Shown piece after piece: positions 29,001 to 39,000 of a stretch of 55,095 nt of DNA. Positions within the stretch are counted from its first letter, which is position 1. Each line of letters opens with the position of its first letter. The position numbers were made by a program, and so were the translations under genes. Location: positions 1 to 55,095 of the IMG/VR virus record IMGVR_UViG_3300009149_008416. One strand, given 5' to 3'. The notes beneath the pieces are model-generated. The model was not told where the DNA came from, did not search any database, and saw nothing but the letters and a program-made list of their open reading frames with translations. This DNA comes from a virus. Its lineage: Duplodnaviria; Caudoviricetes.

Positions 29001-30495
29001 AGGACAGCCGATACCTCTTTCTAATAGGGCTGTTACTCATTTAAAACATATGCCAACACCAATTAGTCCATATGGTACATCTATTATCAGAAGACTATTT
29101 AAAACACTCGCATATAAAGATAGATTAATGACTGCAAACTGGATTGTTGCTGAAAGGCTTATTCTTCCTATTAGAATAATAAAAATAGGAAATGATGATC
29201 GTCCTGCTGGTGCCATTGATATTGCCAATGTGCAAGAACAAATTGCCGCAGTCATGAATGACCCCAACCTTACCCTCGTAACTCATCATGCTTTTACTTA
29301 TGAATTTGTAGGTGCTCAAGGACAAATTGTACAATTAGGGCCAGAATATGAGATGATAACTGGGGAAATTTTAGATGGTCTCATGCTTCCACAGGCCGTA
29401 TTAACATCAGAAATGCAGGGGTATCAAGGAGTTCAAATAGGCGCTGAAATACTCATTACCAGATTAGAAAACTGGAGAAATAAACTTAAAAATTATATAG
29501 AAGAAAGTATTTATCTTCCGGTAGCAAAAATGCAGGGATTTATTGATGAAGATGCAAGTAAAGATCTAGGCGATATTATCTATACATATCCAGAAATAAA
29601 ATGGAATGATCTTAAAATAAGAGACGACACACAAAGAAAACAACAATATTTAGGCTTACATGATGCTGGTATTATTTCTACACAAACACTTTCTGAAATA
29701 TTTGACTTAGATTATGATCAAGAAATAGAAAGAAAAAGAGAAGAAGTCAGTATTCAAATGAGTTTGGGTGGAGGAAATATGGGTGGTATGGGAGCAATGG
29801 GTGGAGGAATGGGCGGTATGCCTCCAATGGGAGGTGGTGGCCCTATGGGTGGTGGAGCGCCTCCGATGCCTGGAGGAGAAATGGGTGGTATGCCTCCGAT
29901 GCCTGGAGGAGAAATGGGCGGTATGACTGGCGCACCTGGCGGAGAAATGGGTGGGGGTATAGGAGGAGCATCTTCTGCTTCAAGAGGGCCAGGAACCGAA
30001 GGAAAAATTTTAAAAAGAAAAACTAAAAGTAGAATTGACAGAAAAAGTGAACAACAACAGCAACAACTTCCTGAAGTTATACAATTAACGTCAATAGAAA
30101 AAATATTATGGAGAAGATTATTTAGTGATCCATCTATTGAAATACCATTTCCAAAATATGCACAATTTAAAGTAGCCAATACACAGGGACAGTCATTTGT
30201 TTTAGATTTTGCTATACCTCATTTGAAAATAGGAATTGAAGCAGACGGCGCACTTCATCAACTGGATGAAAATAAAACCAGAGATGTTGATAGAGACCAA
30301 AGACTTGCAAGAAAAGGCTGGTGGATTCTAAGATTTAATGAGAGGGAGATCGAAAATAAAACAGAACAAGTTATACAAACAATAATGAAATATGTATCTA
30401 TGAGAATGCAGATGATAAAAAAAGAATCTTCATCAACAAAAGAGAAAGTAATTGGGACGATTACACAAACACTGGATTCTCTGACTGAGAGTTAA
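26032..30495 (+). CDS. Portal protein precursor with two inteins, G/M/P-rich linker and C-terminal DUF559-like nuclease domain
   Basis: Spliced extein IYQW|CRFFVENEPKVAAAIQFY|SEFPMQGF...EYYLLGDAF...FNPDWIDV...HLKH...PYGTSII is portal-like. Position between terminase and protease/capsid supports the call. Confidence 0.8.
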   Translation: MDKPIKFIQSNKTIGRNRQGRSGISKGVERQDIKTQKFASSNTVYTQPHFYSPLHTPQNWQIPSRREEIYQWQIIDGQLLTEQGTYVNIEDFEFIPEEIIEDAVTGGLLYNNIESQNVITGKGNLEFPTKFSVRECIEKECYKFSSTGQWRNFSVSEEHGIYVIDGDDYRKRKKIKSDKEYCLKLGKKLGWAKIETSFLDLVIRKEAKDVKLNDYLLIPVRKFVENAIILNTDLAWSIGLLQADGHLSHSDNGGYNTCYTLNKNEVVCEKIKTILEKFTKNKVQYYPHTNSKQSKRIILSEKEHYNKIAKYTIGKHSEKCFTKDIFDLDKESMMHVLGGYIDGDGSFNKAEEKIIINCYSENMSDQLQQMFLMCGVKCSLKRYPLYGDHYKTNSKWCYKIFISSSEIPKIIPYLRSDKMPEDFIPKTTRELRFFYEEDGNIFVASPIEKIEKFLYSGPGYDIEIPIDRSYCCSGFYVSNCRFFVENEPKVAAAIQFYCFDPDVPILMADGEQKSISSIKIGSNIRSHDGSINKVINKYVRHADEKMMKVSVAGINIRSLRMTPGHEVLTDVDGKICFKQIGTLKKGDYLLTPINYGNEESNFINNDLAWLLGAYAAEGCGIPYEHISKIGVSRQYYKGVYFTIHSDEKETFGSKIIEKLKKLYGDCNITSYELKDKNAFKICAYGQSIADDLIGLCPGNAKDGEKRFSPLVMNLNHKNLTAILGGFMSGDGCFAENNGFQGVGVSKKLCDQIANICDKLGLEYSYSKTRISLKNRQVIYNIRISRWACECLQEYTHKIPNKSCYEKNGTNIPYFKKGNYIYRRIKKIEEFDYSGDVYDLEIENKHSYVANRIAVHNSEFPMQGFELQCGDPKIKRYYEELNKRLSLNYWLPIISSEYYLLGDAFPFLTIQCKKCGGSGVYEDKECDHQGGTFSKLTVFNPDWIDVKENSLFNEPYIQLKPNEELRRIVTDRQPVEIYNRIPEHIRIMVMAGQPIPLSNRAVTHLKHMPTPISPYGTSIIRRLFKTLAYKDRLMTANWIVAERLILPIRIIKIGNDDRPAGAIDIANVQEQIAAVMNDPNLTLVTHHAFTYEFVGAQGQIVQLGPEYEMITGEILDGLMLPQAVLTSEMQGYQGVQIGAEILITRLENWRNKLKNYIEESIYLPVAKMQGFIDEDASKDLGDIIYTYPEIKWNDLKIRDDTQRKQQYLGLHDAGIISTQTLSEIFDLDYDQEIERKREEVSIQMSLGGGNMGGMGAMGGGMGGMPPMGGGGPMGGGAPPMPGGEMGGMPPMPGGEMGGMTGAPGGEMGGGIGGASSASRGPGTEGKILKRKTKSRIDRKSEQQQQQLPEVIQLTSIEKILWRRLFSDPSIEIPFPKYAQFKVANTQGQSFVLDFAIPHLKIGIEADGALHQLDENKTRDVDRDQRLARKGWWILRFNEREIENKTEQVIQTIMKYVSMRMQMIKKESSSTKEKVIGTITQTLDSLTES
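26248..27468 (+). mobile_element. Intein 1 (407 aa) with LAGLIDADG endonuclease; atypical Gln1 start and Ser-Asn end
   Basis: W|QIIDGQLLT...SEEH...GLLQADG...GGYIDGDG...GYDIEI...FYVSN|C. Confidence 0.8.
27523..28599 (+). mobile_element. Intein 2 (359 aa) with LAGLIDADG endonuclease, canonical
   Basis: Y|CFDPDVPILMADG...TPGH...LGAYAAEG...GGFMSGDG...VYDLEI...IAVHN|S. Confidence 0.93.
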
Positions 30496-30514
30496 CAATA
30501 AGAGGAGTTATCCG

Positions 30515-30913
30515 ATGAGTTATAATCTTAATGCAGCAAAAAGAATTAAAGATAGAGGTATAGTTTGGAAAGAAAAATATACTAAAAAAACTCTTGCTTT
30601 GAAAAAGAAATTTTTTAAAGAATTAGGTGTAGGAAGTTATTTTCGTTGGGAAGGTTATGATCCAACAACAGGAAAAGATTATTATATAGTAGTAGGCCCT
30701 GGGTATTCTAAAACCAAAGGAAAAATGTTTTTTGCTGGTATAAGAAGATTACCAGGAGAATATAGCCCAAATGGAGAATATTTCAGATCTCTTAGAAGAG
30801 CAATGAGCTATGCTAGAGATATGTGGGCGGTTAGATTTCCAAAAGATTTCCATGACTATACACAAGAACATTTGGCATTAGTAAGAATGGAACCAAAAGA
30901 ACTTAGGACTTAA
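30515..30913 (+). CDS. Basic hypothetical protein
   Basis: GAGGAG RBS; starts MSYNLNAAKR. Confidence 0.8.
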   Translation: MSYNLNAAKRIKDRGIVWKEKYTKKTLALKKKFFKELGVGSYFRWEGYDPTTGKDYYIVVGPGYSKTKGKMFFAGIRRLPGEYSPNGEYFRSLRRAMSYARDMWAVRFPKDFHDYTQEHLALVRMEPKELRT

Positions 30914-30918
30914 TCTTA

Positions 30919-33498
30919 ATGTTCAATTTGAATAAACAAAAAAATTATAAGTATTCAATGGCAACTGGGCCACGCGCCATGATGCCTGGTAACTTTGCTG
31001 CTGGCGCAAGAAAATTTAGACTTGTAGAAATTAATGAAGAAACAACACCAAGAATAGCAAAAATTAGAGATGATATAAACAAAACATATTCTGACGATGA
31101 TGGTCAACTTTATTTTCTTTTTGCGGCTGAAAATAAATATTCAGAACCAATGGATGTTAATGATGATAGAGTACTTAGTCAAATGGAATTAGAGAAAAAT
31201 GCTAGAGAATCTTTTGTGGATTCTATTATTTTACGTGATATTAATGATATGAGAGAAGAAGAGTTAGATCTAATAGCAAAAGATATTATTCCACAAATAG
31301 CTAATTACAAATCAACACAAATTGGAGCGTTAGATGTTGAACCGGAAAAAAGAGAATTTCGTACAAAAAATTATATTAGAATAATGAAAGATTCTCCACT
31401 TAATGTGATTATAGAAGATGAAAGAAAGCCTAGCAACGAGTATATTTTTAAACCTATTTTTACAAATAAGATTGAAGAAGCTCATCCTAGTAGATTTTCT
31501 ATAGATAGAGCAAAACTTTCAAAATTAGGATATAATGCACCTGCGATGACATCAATAGACGTTTTTAGAATCTATAATCTTTATACAAAATCTGCAAATT
31601 ATCATCCGGAAGTTTCGAATAAGGGTGAAATACAAATGCTTGAAAAATCAATTGATAAATTAAAAAAATCAAAAAATAATGGTTATGAAAAATATGATGT
31701 AAATGGATATATAGAAACAAAAATTAATGAAATAGACGATGAAAAAGAGAGAAAAAATTTAAATTGGGCATGGACCGTAGTTAAAAAATTAAAACTTCCT
31801 CTTCAATATCCATCATGGGTTGCCATAGGTTGGCCACAACTTGGTGGAGATAGACTTAATCTACGCGGTTTTAATCATGGAGATAATAAAGAAATAGATA
31901 ATCTTTCTGAATTAACTTTTTGTAATTCTGAAACAGGAAGAAAAATGACATGGATAGGTGGTGGAATGAAAGAATCTAATTCAGGAACTAAACTTCCTGT
32001 TACTCCTCACACAACATTAATTGAAACAATAGGTTTAAAACAATCGACTGGTAAAAATAAATCAATTGAATATCTTAGAAAAAAACTGTCTGGTTTTATG
32101 CAAATTGTAAAAATTAGTAAAGGAAAAAAAAGAGAAAGCTCATTTAAAAAAGCCAAGCATACGAGGGCGGTTTTAAATTTATTTGAAGATATAAGAGATA
32201 ATATGAATTCTTTTTCACATACTGATGTTAATAGTTTTTTTTATTTATATGATGAATTGTGTCATTTATATTTTCAATATAATAGAGAAAGATATGGCGA
32301 TGGTATTATGCTAAGGTTTTCTGCTTTTTCTACAGACGATAATGGAGGACGAACTATATCTATAAATCCTAATGGAATAAAAGGACAATCTAATCGTCCT
32401 TTTATACCGACAACTCTTCATGATGATTTGAGAGAAGTTATCATATCTGTACATTATGCTTATGGAACAGAAATACCACAATTGGCTGCGACTGCTTTTT
32501 CTGGTAATACATCATTTTTATTAGATGTTAACATTTTTAATCGACTTATTGAAAAAGCAAAAGAAAGAGGAATTAAGAAACTAACTGTTGATAAAGGGCA
32601 AATTTCTGAAAAAACGATACCAACAGAAGAACTTTCAGATTTCTTTAATCGAATGGCAAAAGGTGGGGTACTTGTTTATAGAATAAATACTAATTTAAAA
32701 GATAGTGATAATGCTAATATAGTTTGGTACACTGGTATGAGATCATTTTCTGACAGATATGATGAAAAAAGTATAGTTACTAGAATGGTACACGATGGGG
32801 ATAAATTAGTACCAATAACAGGATATGGTAAAAGTAGAATTTCGTCAGGAACAGCAGCAATATCAAATGAATTTAGAGAAGAACTCGCAAAAATGCAATC
32901 TTACGGTAAAGATGAAGCTGTTCTTGGAATAAAAGGATGGGAAGATATATTTGTAGGAAATAATTTAATGGATGTTTATAGATATGCAAATGCAAAATAT
33001 GGTTTAGATTATGATTTTGATTCAATTGAACAAATGGCATCAAAAAAAATAAAATCTATATCTCCAGATATTATAAAAGAAATGACAACATCTTCAGAAA
33101 TTGGAATTCGTCAGGAAATTATTGATAAAGAAAATGATAAAAGAAATCCAAGCATTATTATTACTGAAAATACACAAGAATTAGTAAAAGAAATTGTCAC
33201 TGAAATAGCAAATGAAGATTTAAGACAAAAAAATAGTAATACACCAATAATAGAAGAAGTACAATCAAAAGAAACTGATATTATAACAACACCATCTGTA
33301 ACTCCACAAGCGTCACAGCAAACAGAAGAAGATATCCAATTGGCTCAGAGTTACCAATTTGCTAATAATGTTGCTGGAGGAATAGCGGTAAATGAGGAAC
33401 AATTAAAAGATCTTCAAAGTAAAGGTTATATATTAGAACCTAACGGTCCTCTGTATAAAATAGTTCAATTTCCTTCATGGGTCAATACGGCTTATTAA
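30919..33498 (+). CDS. Large hypothetical protein (FNL leader)
   Basis: 859 aa uninterrupted ORF; starts MFNLNKQK. Confidence 0.8.
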   Translation: MFNLNKQKNYKYSMATGPRAMMPGNFAAGARKFRLVEINEETTPRIAKIRDDINKTYSDDDGQLYFLFAAENKYSEPMDVNDDRVLSQMELEKNARESFVDSIILRDINDMREEELDLIAKDIIPQIANYKSTQIGALDVEPEKREFRTKNYIRIMKDSPLNVIIEDERKPSNEYIFKPIFTNKIEEAHPSRFSIDRAKLSKLGYNAPAMTSIDVFRIYNLYTKSANYHPEVSNKGEIQMLEKSIDKLKKSKNNGYEKYDVNGYIETKINEIDDEKERKNLNWAWTVVKKLKLPLQYPSWVAIGWPQLGGDRLNLRGFNHGDNKEIDNLSELTFCNSETGRKMTWIGGGMKESNSGTKLPVTPHTTLIETIGLKQSTGKNKSIEYLRKKLSGFMQIVKISKGKKRESSFKKAKHTRAVLNLFEDIRDNMNSFSHTDVNSFFYLYDELCHLYFQYNRERYGDGIMLRFSAFSTDDNGGRTISINPNGIKGQSNRPFIPTTLHDDLREVIISVHYAYGTEIPQLAATAFSGNTSFLLDVNIFNRLIEKAKERGIKKLTVDKGQISEKTIPTEELSDFFNRMAKGGVLVYRINTNLKDSDNANIVWYTGMRSFSDRYDEKSIVTRMVHDGDKLVPITGYGKSRISSGTAAISNEFREELAKMQSYGKDEAVLGIKGWEDIFVGNNLMDVYRYANAKYGLDYDFDSIEQMASKKIKSISPDIIKEMTTSSEIGIRQEIIDKENDKRNPSIIITENTQELVKEIVTEIANEDLRQKNSNTPIIEEVQSKETDIITTPSVTPQASQQTEEDIQLAQSYQFANNVAGGIAVNEEQLKDLQSKGYILEPNGPLYKIVQFPSWVNTAY

Positions 33499-33502
33499 AT
33501 AT

Positions 33503-33529
33503 AAAGGAATATTAGAAGTAAAATATAAT
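33503..33529 (+). promoter_or_regulatory. AAAGG-N18-TAAT candidate promoter for the protease-scaffold-capsid operon
   Basis: In the 65-nt gap upstream of the protease gene, too far from the ATG to be the RBS. Confidence 0.5.
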
Positions 33530-33563
33530 TATAGTTACTAATATAAATAAAGAAAGATATTCT

Positions 33564-36011
33564 ATGTTAACAAAAACAAAAATAGATTTACAAATGAGAA
33601 ATTTTGAATTTCTTAATAGAGTAAAAATGCCTTTTGCTAAAATGAGCAATGATTTATCTAAAAAAGTATCTTTATATGAGAATTTCGGTTTTGTTAAAAC
33701 CGCAACAAAAAAACCTACAGAACATCCTGGTACTCTTCAATTCCCAGAAGATTTTGATTTAAAAAAAGATATGCTGGATCATCCTGACAATCTTTATGTT
33801 AAAGCTTTGGCTATAGTTGCTGACGAAGCTAATGATAACGGTGATTTTTTTAGTAAAGAAGAACTTCAAAAAAGTTATCATACATTTGTAGGATGTCCAC
33901 TATTCGTAAATCACAAAAATGATGATGTAGAAGAAGCTAGAGGAACTATTATTTATGCCGAATGGTCTGATGAAGAAAATGGTGTGATGATTATAGGAAG
34001 AGTTGATGCCAGAGCCTATCCAAAACTTGCTAGAGGAATATCAGAAGGATATATAAGTGGCGTCTCGATGGGAGCAGTTAGTGCTGGCACTATGATATTA
34101 ATGTCTGACTTTTCACAAAAACCAATTGAAGAAATAAAAGCAGGTGATTTTGTAATTTCTCATAATGGAAATATAAATGAAGTAGAATTTGTACATGGAA
34201 CTTTAGTAGGTAAGGAAATGTATAAATTTGATTTAATGACCTATCATAAATCTCCATTTTTTACTGAAGAACATCCAATTTTAGTTATAGATCAAGAACA
34301 AATTAATTTTGAAAAGAAAGAATCAATAAAAAAAGCAAATTTAAATACATATAATAGAAAAAAAGGGAAAACTTTTGATTTTATTGGTCAAGATGGATGG
34401 AGATCAAAAAGTTATTCACCTGTATTTAAAGAAGCAAAAGATATTAAAAATGGAGATTTCTTATTAATTCCGTCAAGATTTAATTTAGAAGATAGAATTG
34501 ATAATGATGATGATTTTTACTATTTATTAGGTGCATTTATTGGGGACGGATATTTACAAAGAGATAAATATGGAAAAGAAAATGAAATTTGTTTTTGTTT
34601 TGGACTTTCAGAAACTAAATTGCATGATAAAATAATTGAAATTGGAAAAAAATATTTTAAATCAGAACCAAGAAAAATTATTTGTTCTGAAAGAAATGGA
34701 ATGTATATAAGTTTTAGAGACGAAGAAAAAGCACAATGGATATTAAATAATATAGGAAATGGGTCAAAAAATAAAAGACTTAATATAAATATTGATACTT
34801 ATTCAAAGGCTTCATATTTATTAAGTGGATATTTGGATACTGATGGATGTATAGTAAATAAAATAAATCAAAATGTAAGAGGAAATAAATTTGGAGGATT
34901 TCAAATTTCAAGTGCAAATATTTCTCTTCTTGAAGATATACAAAATTTATTAATAGCATGTGATTGTTTATCAAGAATAAGTACAATGTTTAGGGTTCCA
35001 TCAAAAAATAGTGTTGTAAAGATTAAAACTATAGAACATACTTTATCTATTGGCAGTAATTGTTATAACATATTTAGAAATTCTTTAAAATATTCAGATT
35101 CAATTTTTTCTACTCCTATTATAAAAGCAGGTAAAAGTTTTATAACAACAATTTATAATAGAAAATATATGATCTGTCCTGTTAAAAATACTTTTATAAC
35201 AGAATGGAACGAACCAGTATATGATTTGACAGTAAAAAATGATGAAAGTTATATAGCAGACGGAATAGCAATTCATAATTGTCAGGTGGAATATAGTAAG
35301 TGTTCAATTTGTGGAAATGAAGCGGCTAAAGAGGAGGATTATTGTGTACACATCAAAGAACATAAAACTCGTAAATATAACGGTAAAGATGTATATGAAA
35401 TTAATTTTGGTTTAAAATTTATTGAACTTTCTTTTGTCGTTGATCCAGCATGTTCAACTTGTTTTATACAGGAAATTTATGATGTAGATGATTTAAAACA
35501 AAAAGTTGCAGAAATTAAGAATTTTGCTGGTAGATTTAGAAAAATTGCTTCAAAGATTGCCGGCAAAGCTGAGTTAGATAAGTTAAATCAAGCAGAAAAT
35601 CTTATTCAAGAAGTTGCGAAAACAATGTTGGATCAAAAGGAACATCTTGAACTTTCATATGTTACAGATTTAGTAGAAGCATTAGCAAAACTTCAAGAAA
35701 CTAAAGATGAATTATTAGATATGGGATATGAAACATTAGATTCTTCAGGACAACAAAATCAACAAGAAACAGGTTTAACAACTACTCCACCAGAAGAAAA
35801 TTTACCAATTGAAAAAGGACAAAATCCGGAAGAACAACAAGATATAGAGTATGAAAATGCGGGCGCAATGCCTGCGGGAGAAGTTGGTAGTGTAACAATG
35901 CCAACTCCGCTTGCATCCGCCTTTAGAAAAAAAATAATGAAGCAAGCAAAACAAAAAAACTTATCAAATGTTTTTAAAAATAGTTTAAGGAAAAAATGGA
36001 ACAAGGAGTAA
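33564..36011 (+). CDS. Prohead (capsid maturation) protease-like protein with intein
   Basis: ANDNGDFF, TFVGCPLFVNH, ARGTII, GVSMG|...|CQVEYSKCSICGN...C.H...EINFGLKFIELSFVVDPA. Confidence 0.8.
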   Translation: MLTKTKIDLQMRNFEFLNRVKMPFAKMSNDLSKKVSLYENFGFVKTATKKPTEHPGTLQFPEDFDLKKDMLDHPDNLYVKALAIVADEANDNGDFFSKEELQKSYHTFVGCPLFVNHKNDDVEEARGTIIYAEWSDEENGVMIIGRVDARAYPKLARGISEGYISGVSMGAVSAGTMILMSDFSQKPIEEIKAGDFVISHNGNINEVEFVHGTLVGKEMYKFDLMTYHKSPFFTEEHPILVIDQEQINFEKKESIKKANLNTYNRKKGKTFDFIGQDGWRSKSYSPVFKEAKDIKNGDFLLIPSRFNLEDRIDNDDDFYYLLGAFIGDGYLQRDKYGKENEICFCFGLSETKLHDKIIEIGKKYFKSEPRKIICSERNGMYISFRDEEKAQWILNNIGNGSKNKRLNINIDTYSKASYLLSGYLDTDGCIVNKINQNVRGNKFGGFQISSANISLLEDIQNLLIACDCLSRISTMFRVPSKNSVVKIKTIEHTLSIGSNCYNIFRNSLKYSDSIFSTPIIKAGKSFITTIYNRKYMICPVKNTFITEWNEPVYDLTVKNDESYIADGIAIHNCQVEYSKCSICGNEAAKEEDYCVHIKEHKTRKYNGKDVYEINFGLKFIELSFVVDPACSTCFIQEIYDVDDLKQKVAEIKNFAGRFRKIASKIAGKAELDKLNQAENLIQEVAKTMLDQKEHLELSYVTDLVEALAKLQETKDELLDMGYETLDSSGQQNQQETGLTTTPPEENLPIEKGQNPEEQQDIEYENAGAMPAGEVGSVTMPTPLASAFRKKIMKQAKQKNLSNVFKNSLRKKWNKE
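34074..35279 (+). mobile_element. Intein 3 (402 aa) with LAGLIDADG endonuclease; Ala1 start
   Basis: SMG|AVSAGTMILMSD...TEEHP...LGAFIGDG...SGYLDTDG...VYDLTV...IAIHN|C. Confidence 0.9.
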
Positions 36012-36016
36012 CAAAT

Positions 36017-39000
36017 ATGCTTGGAACACAAGATAAAAAGAGATCTGCTTTAAAAAATAAGCTTAGTAAACTCTTTAATTCTAATCCTGAAATTTCATAT
36101 AATATGAGTGTCAGGAGCGGATTGTTTAGAGTTGCTGTCACAGAAGAAGAAGTAACTGGCTTTCTAGATGACAAACCAATTAAGAGCATTAAAATCGAGG
36201 ATCTTGATGAAGAGATCAGAGAAGCTCTGGAAAATAATCCCGAAGAAGCCGGTGAATTAATTATGGAAGAGTTCATAAACGCTCACAAAGAAGGGAAATT
36301 AGCTATGTCAGACAAAATAAAAAAAGAAGCCAGGGCTGGTGATAATAATTACGAAGATCAGCTTTCAGGAACTACAGAACGTCAATTAAAAGATGCCGGT
36401 CCTTTATATGATAGAGAGGAAGAGGAAAGAAAAGATATCACCGAAAAACAACTTGGTGATAAAAGCTATGACGAATATGAAAAAACTGCCAGAGTTGATG
36501 AAGAACAAAAATCAATTACTGAGAAACAAATAGAACAGGGTAAAAACCCAAATCCAGATACTTCACCTAGAGAAGATGACGAAAGAGATTCTATTACTCA
36601 GAAACAACTTGACAAGGGAAAAGTTAGTACTCGTAGAGATGATGAAAAAACAGATATTACTGAAAAACAACTAGAAGCTGATTTCAGAAATGATGAAATT
36701 AAAGGGATTACAGAAAAACAATTAGCTGGTGATGAACAGGATCATGATAAGGTTCTTGTTAGACGCCTTGCTAATAAAGATGAAGCCATTGCTTTCGCAA
36801 AGAAAGTTGCTAAAGCAACTGCTAAAACTATTAAAACAAAAGAATTAGAAAAAGAAAATACTCTTGCTTTACTTAAGGCAAGCGTTAAGAATTTTACTGC
36901 ACAGAAAAATCTTGCTACTAAGCTCGCACAAATGATGGATGAGCCTCTCCCTCCAGAAGATCTTGACATGGAATCTCCAGAAGACGTTGGTGGAGAAATT
37001 CTTTCTGACGAAGAGATTGGCGGCTCATATGAATCTGATCTTATTGTTAATGTATTGAAATCTCTCGTTGAAAATCCTAAATTTGCCACACTTGTTGATG
37101 AAGCTATGGCAGAAGAAGAAGCTGAAGAAGAGACAATTCCAGAAGACGATGTTTTAATGGATGAAGCTCTTGGCGATATGAATGAAATGCCAGCCGAAGA
37201 AGCCCCACCTCTACCTGAAGCAGGGCCTATTGCATCTTCAGAAGAAAATGTCGTTGAAGCATCTATTGAAAAAGATAATGAAGATAATGACGGACTTATA
37301 GCTGTAGAAGGTTCACTGGAAGAACTAAAAAAAGCATCTGAACAAGAAGATTTGGAAAAAACAGCATTTGAATTTTCTAGAAAAGTTGCCGGTGATGAAA
37401 TAAGTGAAAATATGGATAATTTACTTTTAGAAATTGATGAAGAAAATGGTGTTTTTAGAACTATTTTTATAAATTCAGAAATAGCAGATATGGACAGCGA
37501 TGAAGTTAAAGAACTTATGGCTAAACGTGAAAAGAAAAGAGTTCAAAAAATTGCTGAGTCTTTACGCAGTTTAGAAGTTAAAGCACAGGCGATGCCTGCG
37601 GGCGGTGGTATTCCTAACCTAGCTCCTGGTGGAGAACCTGGCGGTGGCGGTACTACAATGCCTCCTGGTCCTGCTGATATGGGATTAGAAACACCTCCTG
37701 TCGAAAGTTTTGACAGCGGTATGGAAGAAGGTGAAGCAGAAGATATTTCTGGTGATAATGAGCCTTCACCTCCAGGAACTCGTTGTCCAGTATGTGGCTC
37801 CGATGATGTAGATGTAGAAAATGGTGTTTGGGAATGTAATAATTGTGAAAGCAATGGTGACATTTCTATTAGTATGAATACTAAGAGATGGACTGGTACA
37901 TTAGAAGATAATAAAGGAACGGGTTTAGAAGAAGAAGAGGGATTGGGCACTGAATTAGGTGAAGAAGAAACAGCTATGCCAATGGCAGCATCTATTTATA
38001 ATATAAATAAAGGATTAGTCAAAGAGGCTATTAATTCTGGTAAAGGTTATATTAATGTTGGTGAATATTGTCCTAACTGCGGTAGCGATAATACTGAAGT
38101 AGATCATGTTGGTAATGGTAAATGTTTTAGTTGTTCACAACTTTATATCTCAAAAATTGCTCACAAGGATGGGGAATTTAAGGGTCTAACTATTTGGCAA
38201 CCAATTCCAGTTAAACCTGAATGCCCGGACTGTAAAGCAAAAGAGTTAGGCGAAAAGATTGCTAAGAAATACATTCCTGACTTTGTAAAAACTGCTGGGT
38301 CAGAAAAATTCCCATACATAGAATGCGTTAACAAAATTGGAAAACGTTATGGGCTTAATGCTGTCGCACTTTCTGGCGATTGTGCTGGCAAACCATTGGT
38401 TGATTGTATTTGTAAAAAAATGAAGTCTGCTGGAAGATATTCACAATCTCTTATGATAGCTCTTGCTTCCAGATTAACAGAAAAAGATCCTATGGAAGAA
38501 TGCATTGAAGATCAAATGAGAGATGCTAGTAAGAAAATTACTATTAAGGAAGCCTGTGCAACATGTGAAAAACTTAGAAATGAAGCTTTAGCAAACATGC
38601 CTGAACAGGAAGAACTCGAATTCGTAGCTTCACAACCTATAAATAAAACTGCCGGTATAATTCCAGGTATTCCAGATGGAACAGGGCCTAGAGGGGGAAC
38701 AGAAAATTGTCCTTTCAGTGATGATAATTCAGATACTTTTGGGCTTTCATATGATATAGATAATTTTGAAGATGATATGGTAACGCTGTCTCCAGAAGAT
38801 GAATTACTTGATCAAATTCGTCAATTATTAGAAGTTATGAGAGATTTTGTTGGTAGCAAAACTGACGGAATGGCATTAGATGAAGATGACGATACTTCTG
38901 TAGATATTGTCGAAGATACAGATTTAATTATAGATGACGATGATGACAAAGTTGATTTTACAGATGATAATGGTGAAGGTGAAGGTGAAGATGACGACAA

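Noticed and set aside
29754-30179. Pro-rich antisense ORF and DNA repeats (GCCTCCGATGCCTGGAGGAGAAATGGG x2)
   Set aside because: Explained by the Gly/Met/Pro linker codons of the portal gene.
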